Positions 26,159 through 32,000 of a DNA stretch of 32,000 bases are shown in pieces. A program made the translations under genes and the position numbers. The DNA is from Falsochrobactrum tianjinense (GTDB lineage: Bacteria; Pseudomonadota; Alphaproteobacteria; Rhizobiales; Rhizobiaceae). The notes under the pieces are model-generated. The model did not search any database. It saw only the letters and a list, made by a program, of their open reading frames with translations, and was not told the origin of the DNA. Position 1 is the stretch's first letter; every line of letters starts with the position of its first letter. The stretch is from the NCBI RefSeq assembly GCF_019100495.1, contig NZ_JAHRVA010000001.1, forward strand, positions 656,597-688,596, given 5' to 3'.

Positions 26159-26971
26159 TCAGAAAAGCGCGGCCTGCCCGTTATTGATGGCATCGGCACG
26201 CGACGTGAAGGCGTTGCCTTCATCCGTATGAAGGATGAGGGGAGGCATGAGCGAGAGCGCGGCGCGGCTGCCGCATATTCCGGTCACGACGATGCGGATG
26301 GCAGCACTTTCCGCTCGCGGCTGGACCGCTACGACCTTCAATCCGCCGAAGCGGCCCGTCATCGCATCAAGAATCTGCGTGATCGAAACAGGACGTGCGA
26401 TGATGGCGACGCCGCCGCCCGGCTTCACGATGGCCGCAGCCGTTCGCAGCCATTGCTCGAACATGCCGTCGGGCATGACATGGGCTTCAGCCTTGAGCGG
26501 GTCGGGGGTGGAGCGGTCGCGCGGTTCGTTGAAGGGCGGATTCATGATGGCGAAATCGAAACCATTGTCGGCCAGCCCTGCCGCCACCCGCGCCTTGCCG
26601 ACCAGCGCGACATCCGCTTCAATTATATCGATGCGCCCGGCCAGCGCGGCATTGAGCGGATGGGCGATGGTCTTGCGGGCGAAGCCTGCCATCAGGCGAG
26701 AGCGCTCGACGAGAACTATGCGCGAATTCTTGCAGCGTGCAGCCACTGCCAGCCCCGCAGCCCCGGCCCCGCTGCCAAGATCGGCGAGCCGTCCGGCAAA
26801 GCCTTGCGGCACGCAGCTTGCCAAAATCATGGCGTCGACTCCCGAACGATGCCCCTTCAATGCAGGCTGGACGAGATGGAATGCCCCGCGATGAAACACG
26901 TCGAGCGTTTCTTCCACGCTTTGCGGTCCGTCAGCGGCCGGGCAGGAGGATGAGGAAGTGCTATCGCTCAT
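26159..26971 (-). CDS. Class I SAM-dependent methyltransferase with an NPPF motif (N6-adenine type, TrmN6/YfiC-like)
   Basis: DLGSGAGAAGLAVA (SAM motif I) and MNPPFNEP (motif IV). Start chosen at ATG 26971 (MSDSTSS...), which overlaps the upstream gene by 11 nt. Confidence 0.7.
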   Translation of the reverse strand: MSDSTSSSSCPAADGPQSVEETLDVFHRGAFHLVQPALKGHRSGVDAMILASCVPQGFAGRLADLGSGAGAAGLAVAARCKNSRIVLVERSRLMAGFARKTIAHPLNAALAGRIDIIEADVALVGKARVAAGLADNGFDFAIMNPPFNEPRDRSTPDPLKAEAHVMPDGMFEQWLRTAAAIVKPGGGVAIIARPVSITQILDAMTGRFGGLKVVAVQPRAESAAIRIVVTGICGSRAALSLMPPLILHTDEGNAFTSRADAINNGQAALF

Positions 26972-27191
26972 GATCGCGTAATTCGTGTTCCAGGCCTGCA
27001 TCGACCAGATAGGTTCTGGCTTCTTCCAGCCTGCCGTTTTCGACCAGAAAACGGCGCGGCAGGATGCCCAGCGACCCCTCGACGATGCTCATATTGGCGT
27101 CGGCGATGAAATATCCGATTCCAGCCTCTTTCATCAAGGATTCGGCCACCGACAGCAAAACGGAATCATTTGTGCGCATAAGTTCGATCAT
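26961..27191 (-). CDS. DUF2007-like small protein (putative signal-transducing fold)
   Basis: MIELMRTNDSVLLSVAESLMKEAGIGYFIADANMSIVEGSLGILPRRFLV...EARTYLVDAGL matches the DUF2007 pattern as I remember it. Start chosen at ATG 27191. Confidence 0.6.
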   Translation of the reverse strand: MIELMRTNDSVLLSVAESLMKEAGIGYFIADANMSIVEGSLGILPRRFLVENGRLEEARTYLVDAGLEHELRDHER

Positions 27192-27342
27192 CCCGACAAT
27201 GTGTAACCAATAGAGCGCATTGACAACTGCTTCCTTCAATGATGAACAGGCGTCGGAATAATCGGGCTTCAAGGACGTTTGAGGACACATGCGTCTTGAG
27301 CAATCCGATCCGGTTAAATAGTGTGGCCGGGCCAGCAGGTAT

Positions 27343-27380
27343 GATCCCCGAAAATTGCGAAGCGATTTTCAGAGGGGATC
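27343..27380. other. Long interrupted hairpin / palindrome in the DUF2007-ispB divergent region
   Basis: GATCCCC + GAAAAT ... ATTTTC + (AGA bulge) + GGGGATC gives 13 perfect base pairs in two helices. There is no flanking T-run on either strand. Confidence 0.6.
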
Positions 27381-27453
27381 AGACTGAAAAGGAATCAATC
27401 GATGCATGGTTCTGCAATCATGTATCGAATGCGCTAGCTTCGGAGAAATGATA

Positions 27454-28470
27454 TTGGGTGTCGTGCTGAATCTTGACGGGAAAGCGAAACAGGAAGGATC
27501 GGTGCAGCCGCTGGTCGACCTGACGAAAGCCGATATGGGACGTGTGAACGAGATGATCCTGTCTCGCGCCGGTTCCGATGTCGAAATGATTCCCGAAGTG
27601 GCCAATCATCTGATTTCGTCAGGCGGCAAGCGCCTGCGTCCCATGATGACGCTCGCGGCGGCGCGCATGTTCGGCTATGAGGGTGATGGCCATGTGCGCC
27701 TCGCAACCGCAGTCGAATTCATGCACACCGCAACGCTGCTGCATGATGATGTGGTCGATGAAAGCGACCTGCGGCGCGGCAAAAGCACTGCGCGCATGAT
27801 CTGGGGTAATCAGGCCAGCGTGCTGGTCGGCGATTTCCTTCTCGGCCAGGCTTTCAAGATGATGGTTGATGTTGGCTCGCTCGCAGCCCTCGACGTTCTG
27901 GCGACCTCGGCTTCGGTGATCGCCGAAGGCGAAGTGATGCAGCTCGCCGCCGCCAAGAATATGGAAACCACTGAAGACGAATATCTCGCCGTCATCAAGG
28001 CCAAGACCGCAGCGCTCTTTTCGGCTGCCGCCGAAGTCGGACCGATTATAGCCGATGCGCGGCGCTCCGACCGCGAGGCTCTGCGTGATTACGGCCTCAA
28101 TCTTGGCCTTGCCTTCCAGCTTGTCGACGATGCACTCGATTATGGCGGCTCGGCTGCGGATTTAGGCAAGAATACCGGCGATGATTTCCGCGAAGGCAAG
28201 ATCACCCTGCCGGTTATTCTCAGCTATAGCCGCGGCAGCGATGACGAGCGCGCTTTCTGGAAACATGCCATTGAGGATGGCGCGAGCGATGATGCTTCGC
28301 TACAAAAGGCCATTGGAATCATGACGCGCCATGGCGCGATTGCCGATACAGTGCAGCGCGCCCGCGATTTTGGCGAGATGGCGCGCAATGCTCTTGCGCC
28401 GCTCGAAGCAAGCCCGCAGAAGGATGCACTCATCGAGGTCATCGATTTCTGCATCAGCCGCGTTAATTAA
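27454..28470 (+). CDS. ispB: Long-chain polyprenyl-diphosphate synthase (IspB/octaprenyl- or decaprenyl-diphosphate synthase type)
   Basis: First and second aspartate-rich motifs LLHDDVVDESDLRRG and DDALD. The preferred start is TTG 27454 (MGVVLNLDGK...), with GGAGA 7 nt upstream. The track ORF starts at 27406. Confidence 0.9.
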   Translation: MGVVLNLDGKAKQEGSVQPLVDLTKADMGRVNEMILSRAGSDVEMIPEVANHLISSGGKRLRPMMTLAAARMFGYEGDGHVRLATAVEFMHTATLLHDDVVDESDLRRGKSTARMIWGNQASVLVGDFLLGQAFKMMVDVGSLAALDVLATSASVIAEGEVMQLAAAKNMETTEDEYLAVIKAKTAALFSAAAEVGPIIADARRSDREALRDYGLNLGLAFQLVDDALDYGGSAADLGKNTGDDFREGKITLPVILSYSRGSDDERAFWKHAIEDGASDDASLQKAIGIMTRHGAIADTVQRARDFGEMARNALAPLEASPQKDALIEVIDFCISRVN

Positions 28471-28537
28471 TGCGTTTTCCGCTTTGCCATCCCACAAACG
28501 CCATGCTTGGGGTGCCTTGTTCCAGTGGAGGAAAGCG

Positions 28538-30355
28538 ATGCCCGTTGGGGTCGCCAAAGGAATAGAAGGAAGGACAGGCTTTATGCGGCAAGGATCGAAA
28601 TATCGCTCCATTTACGGTTTGCTGCTCGCGCTTGCGGCAGGGATGGCGCTGCCGTCAGGTGGGGCGCAGGCGAAAACCGCAGCCGAGCCTGCAATGCAGG
28701 TGCGCGCTGGTTCTTTCGCCGGGGCCTATCTCGCGGCACGGACTGCCGAATCCGGGAATGACCTTGAGGCGGCCGTGGATTTCTACCGTCAGGCCATGGC
28801 TTTCGATCCGAACAACAGCACGATCCGGCAAAATCTGCTGCTGGCACTGCTCACCGAAGGCCGTTTCAAGGACGCATTGCCGCTGGCCGAGGAACTCAGG
28901 AACGATCCTGAAATCGAACGCTTTTCGCGTGTGGCGCTTGCTATCAACGCCATTTCCCATAAGCAGTACCGCAAGGTCGGCCCGCTTCTCATGCTCTCGC
29001 TTCAATCCGACATGGACATGCTGGCGACCTCCCTGATGAAAGCATGGGTCAAGGTCGGGCAGGGCAATCCCAAACAGGCACTGGCCGATGTGCGTCGCAT
29101 TGATGGGCCGGAATGGTACGGCTTGTTTCGTACCTATAATGCCGCTTTGATCGCCGATATCGCGGGTGACAAGCAGAATGCGCGCAATTTCTACCAGCAA
29201 GCCATTGATGACCGCCCCGGCGGCGGGGCCGCGCCCGACACTTACGAGCGCATCGTCATGGCCTATGCGTCTTTCAAGCTGCGGCAGGGCGACAAGGATG
29301 GCGCGATCAGCCTTCTCGAGCAAGCCGAGGAACTGCTCAACGGTCGCATGACGATTACCGAAATGCGCGAAAAGATCGAAGCCGGCCAGAAATTCGGACG
29401 CCTGGTCGAAACCGCGCAGCAGGGCGTGGCCGAAGCGCTTTATACGCTGGGTACTGCGATCAATCGCGGCGGGGCGGAGGCTTTCGCCAAGCTTTACTTG
29501 CAGATGTCGATGCCGTTGCGTCCCGATTACGACGCGACCCTCTACCAGCTTGGCGATATTTCCGCGAAACTGCGCCAGCCGGAAAAAGCCATCGAATATT
29601 ATGGCCAGGTACCTGAAAAATCGCCCTATCGGCGCGATGCGGAAATGCAGCGCGCGCTGAACCTTGCGGACAGTGAGCAGACGGAAAAGGCGATTGCGCA
29701 GCTCAAGACCCTGCTCGAACGCGACAAGACCGACATGCGTGCCTATCTGGCGCTGGGCGGCGTCTATGCGCAGGACAAGAATTTCGCCGAAGCAGCGAAG
29801 GTCTATGATGCGGCGGTAGGGCAGATTGCGACGCCCGAACGCAAGGATTGGCCGCTTTTCTACCAGCGCGGCATCGCCCATGAACGGCTGAAGGAATGGG
29901 ACCAGGCGGAGCCCAGTTTCAAGAAGGCGCTGGAGCTTTATCCCGATCAGCCGCAGGTGCTCAACTATCTGGGCTATTCCTGGGTCGATATGGGCATCAA
30001 TCTCGATGAAGCGCTCGACATGATTCGCAAGGCGGTGGAGCTGCGCCCGCAGGACGGCTATATCGTCGATTCGCTGGGCTGGGCCTATTACAGGCTCGGA
30101 CGTTATGACGACGCGGTGGTGGAACTGGAAAAAGCGGTGAAGCTGCGCCCGGAAGATCCCACCATCAACGATCATCTGGGCGACGCTTATTGGCGCACCG
30201 ACCGGCAGCTTGAGGCGACCTTCCAATGGAATCACGCCATTGCCGGCAAACCGGAGCCGGAAGAACTCGCGAAGATCGAGGAAAAGCTCAAAAAGGGTCT
30301 TGCGCCTGAACCTGCGCCGACAAAGGCCGAGGCGGTCAAGCCAGATACGAACTGA
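28538..30355 (+). CDS. Secreted tetratricopeptide-repeat (TPR) protein
   Basis: Signal peptide (...YGLLLALAAGMALPSGGAQA), then many TPR-like units (for example AIEYYGQV, ALELYPDQPQVLNYLGYSW, AVELRPQDGYIVDSLGWAYYRLGRYDDAV). Start chosen at ATG 28538 (GGAGGA 5 nt upstream). An alternative is ATG 28583. Confidence 0.82.
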   Translation: MPVGVAKGIEGRTGFMRQGSKYRSIYGLLLALAAGMALPSGGAQAKTAAEPAMQVRAGSFAGAYLAARTAESGNDLEAAVDFYRQAMAFDPNNSTIRQNLLLALLTEGRFKDALPLAEELRNDPEIERFSRVALAINAISHKQYRKVGPLLMLSLQSDMDMLATSLMKAWVKVGQGNPKQALADVRRIDGPEWYGLFRTYNAALIADIAGDKQNARNFYQQAIDDRPGGGAAPDTYERIVMAYASFKLRQGDKDGAISLLEQAEELLNGRMTITEMREKIEAGQKFGRLVETAQQGVAEALYTLGTAINRGGAEAFAKLYLQMSMPLRPDYDATLYQLGDISAKLRQPEKAIEYYGQVPEKSPYRRDAEMQRALNLADSEQTEKAIAQLKTLLERDKTDMRAYLALGGVYAQDKNFAEAAKVYDAAVGQIATPERKDWPLFYQRGIAHERLKEWDQAEPSFKKALELYPDQPQVLNYLGYSWVDMGINLDEALDMIRKAVELRPQDGYIVDSLGWAYYRLGRYDDAVVELEKAVKLRPEDPTINDHLGDAYWRTDRQLEATFQWNHAIAGKPEPEELAKIEEKLKKGLAPEPAPTKAEAVKPDTN

Positions 30356-30494
30356 ACGGGCCGATCATGAGCGGATTTTACCGCCTTCCATGGCTCCGCG
30401 CTTGACCCTGCGGGGCTGACAAATTAGACCGGGCCATCATTTCAATTACGAGGCCCGCACGGTGTCCAGTTTGTCCAGCACGTTGCCAGCGCAT

Positions 30495-31421
30495 ATGCAT
30501 CCCACCCGTTCCTTTCAGGGTCTTATCCTGACGCTCCATAATTACTGGGCGGAACGAGGTTGCGCGATCCTGCAACCTTACGACATGGAAGTGGGTGCGG
30601 GGACTTTCCACCCGGCAACGACGCTGCGCTCGCTGGGGCCGCGCCCGTGGAAAGCTGCCTATGTGCAGCCTTCGCGCCGCCCGACGGACGGGCGCTATGG
30701 CGAAAACCCCAATCGCTTGCAGCATTATTACCAGTATCAGGTGATCCTCAAACCGTCGCCGCCCAACCTTCAGGATCTTTATCTCGGCTCGCTGCGCGCC
30801 ATCGGTCTCGATCCGACGCTGCACGATGTGCGTTTTGTGGAAGACGACTGGGAAAGCCCGACGCTTGGCGCATGGGGTCTTGGCTGGGAATGCTGGTGCG
30901 ATGGCATGGAAGTCTCGCAATTCACCTATTTCCAGCAGGTCTGCGGCATTGAATGCTCGCCCGTCGCAGGAGAGCTGACCTATGGTCTGGAACGCCTCGC
31001 CATGTATGTGCAGGGCGTGGATAATGTCTATGACCTCAATTTCAACGGGCTGGAAGGCGACGAGAAAGTCACCTATGGCGATGTGTTCCTGCAAGCTGAA
31101 CAGGAATATTCGCGTTACAATTTCGAGATGGCGAACACCGATATTCTGCATCAGCATTTCATCGATGCCGAACGCGAATGCGAGGCCATCCTGAAAGCAG
31201 GCGGCACCGGCGAAAACTCACTCCATAAATGTGTCCTGCCTGCCTATGACCAGTGCATCAAGGCCAGTCACGTCTTCAATCTGATGGATGCGCGCGGCGT
31301 CATCTCCGTGACCGAGCGCCAGAGCTATATCCTGCGCGTTCGCAATCTCGCGCGCCAATGCGGCGAGGCGTTTTTGCTCACCGATGCTGGTGGTTTTAAT
31401 TATAAAAACGAGGCTGTGTAA
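30495..31421 (+). CDS. glyQ: Glycine--tRNA ligase alpha subunit
   Basis: [39 protein letters not shown]... is canonical GlyQ. Start chosen at ATG 30495. The stop TAA (31419..31421) overlaps an ATG (TAATG). Confidence 0.95.
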   Translation: MHPTRSFQGLILTLHNYWAERGCAILQPYDMEVGAGTFHPATTLRSLGPRPWKAAYVQPSRRPTDGRYGENPNRLQHYYQYQVILKPSPPNLQDLYLGSLRAIGLDPTLHDVRFVEDDWESPTLGAWGLGWECWCDGMEVSQFTYFQQVCGIECSPVAGELTYGLERLAMYVQGVDNVYDLNFNGLEGDEKVTYGDVFLQAEQEYSRYNFEMANTDILHQHFIDAERECEAILKAGGTGENSLHKCVLPAYDQCIKASHVFNLMDARGVISVTERQSYILRVRNLARQCGEAFLLTDAGGFNYKNEAV

Positions 31422-31534
31422 TGCCCGATTTATTGCTTGAACTTTTCTCCGAGGAAATCCCGGCCCTGCCGTCCGACCGCAGCGAAGCGAGGACGGACAA
31501 AGTAAATAATGTGCATGCGGAAGGCGTACGCTGA
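31421..31534 (+). CDS. 37-codon upstream ORF formed by the duplicated glyS start ([37 protein letters not shown])
   Basis: Hand translation. The first 15 residues are identical to GlyS. Its ATG overlaps the glyQ stop and its TGA overlaps the glyS ATG. Whether it is translated is unknown. Confidence 0.35.
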   Translation: MPDLLLELFSEEIPALPSDRSEARTDKVNNVHAEGVR

Positions 31535-31579
31535 TGCCCGATTTATTGCTCGAACTTTTTTCCGAGGAAATCCCGGCCC
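31421..31579 (+). repeat. Direct duplication of the glyS 5' end: two 46-nt copies with a 113-nt period
   Basis: 31421..31466 and 31534..31579 differ at two positions (CTT/CTC and TTC/TTT, both synonymous). They are separated by 67 nt that contain a CCGTCC...GGACGG hairpin. Confidence 0.9.
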
Positions 31580-32000
31580 GCATGCAAAGGAAGGCTGCAG
31601 GTGATCTCAAAAAGATGATTGCCGATGGTCTGGTCGATGCAGGCCTCACCTATGAAGCCGCGACCGCTTACTGGACGCCGCGTCGTCTGACGCTTGATAT
31701 TCGCGGCCTGACGGTACGCTCGAAAGACGTGCATGAAGACATCAAGGGTCCGTCGGTCTCGGCCCCCGAACAGGCCATTGCAGGCTTCTTGCGCAAGGCG
31801 GGCCTCACGGATGTTTCTCAGGCCCATGTGCATTCCGACCCCAAAAAGGGTGATTTCTACGTCGCCCATCTGACGAAGCCGGGCCGGGCTGCGGAAGAGA
31901 TTGTTGCCGAACTGGTGCCGCAGGCGATCCGCAATTTTCCATGGCCGAAATCCATGCGCTGGGGTGCTGCTTCCGCAAAGCCGAGCGCATTGCGTTGGGT
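31534..32000 (+). CDS. glyS: Glycine--tRNA ligase beta subunit (5' partial; runs off the window)
   Basis: Hand translation gives [59 protein letters not shown]...[11 protein letters not shown], a canonical GlyS N-terminus. It is absent from the ORF track because there is no stop codon in the window. Confidence 0.92.
   Translation, partial: MPDLLLELFSEEIPARMQRKAAGDLKKMIADGLVDAGLTYEAATAYWTPRRLTLDIRGLTVRSKDVHEDIKGPSVSAPEQAIAGFLRKAGLTDVSQAHVHSDPKKGDFYVAHLTKPGRAAEEIVAELVPQAIRNFPWPKSMRWGAASAKPSALRW

Noticed and set aside
27220-27248. A perfect TTGACA hexamer, considered as the ispB promoter -35.
   Set aside because: No acceptable -10 hexamer lies 16 to 18 nt downstream (only TGAACA or ATGAAC). 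It is not called as a promoter.
28331-28537. An upstream extension of the TPR ORF that overlaps the 3' end of ispB.
   Set aside because: It overlaps ispB by 140 nt and encodes an Arg/Ser-rich stretch. A strong GGAGGA SD precedes ATG 28538, and a signal peptide follows.
28655-30235. A 526-aa ORF antisense to the TPR gene.
   Set aside because: The plus-strand product has a signal peptide and repeated TPR units, while the antisense product is featureless. It is the same GC-driven artefact.
30356-30494. The TPR-glyQ spacer, considered for a glycine riboswitch, T-box or promoter (TTGACC-N17-TAGACC; hairpin CGGGCC-N16-GGCCCG).
   Set aside because: No conserved riboswitch or T-box core sequences are recognisable. 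The -10 candidate is poor, and the hairpin has a 16-nt loop and no U-tail.
1-32000. A window-wide look for mobile elements, defence systems, CRISPR arrays, prophage genes, tRNA/rRNA genes and toxin-antitoxin pairs.
   Set aside because: No transposase, integrase, Cas, restriction or toxin-like ORFs are present. There are no spaced repeat arrays and no compositional island. Essentially every gap over 150 nt is accounted for as a promoter or terminator region of housekeeping genes.

Overview
The window looks like core chromosome of a Rhizobiales-type alphaproteobacterium. Protein sequences, about 57% GC and gene order suggest Brucella/Ochrobactrum, but that is inference from memory, not a search.

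Gene order, left to right:
- cbb3 oxidase operon ccoNOQP (minus strand), with a perfect FixK/FNR box upstream.
- An Irr-like Fur-family regulator with a Fur/Mur-type palindrome upstream.
- An OmpR-family response regulator / histidine kinase pair.
- A dsbD / L,D-transpeptidase / CPYC thioredoxin-fold operon.
- ada, yffB-like, an MFS transporter, a polysaccharide deacetylase, yfgM-like plus der, and a SleB-domain cell-wall hydrolase.
- The F0 ATP synthase operon atpI-B-E-F2-F.
- rnhB, a PA0069-family radical SAM gene, ispE, a 61-codon membrane protein, an S49 peptidase and nhaA.
- An N6-adenine-type methyltransferase, a DUF2007 protein, ispB, a TPR protein, glyQ and the 5' part of glyS.

I saw no transposase, integrase, CRISPR array, tRNA/rRNA gene or obvious defence or accessory island, so I cannot point to a new multi-gene system.

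The signals most worth a second look are small-scale:
1. A 113-bp direct duplication of the glyS start. It creates a 37-codon relay ORF joined by overlapping stop/start codons to both glyQ (TAATG) and glyS (TGATG).
2. A perfect alphaproteobacterial SOS box (GAAC-N7-GAAC) in front of the radical SAM gene.
3. The dsbD-ldt-CPYC gene linkage, which mirrors the DsbD-DsbG-Ldt cysteine-protection pathway of E. coli.
4. Two copies of an ~85-nt intergenic element, each sitting directly after a stop codon.
5. TTAA-N7-TTAA (CtrA-type) boxes, an Ada box, and several unusually strong hairpins.

All start codons are my own choices, made from Shine-Dalgarno (SD) context and expected N-termini. No database search was possible.
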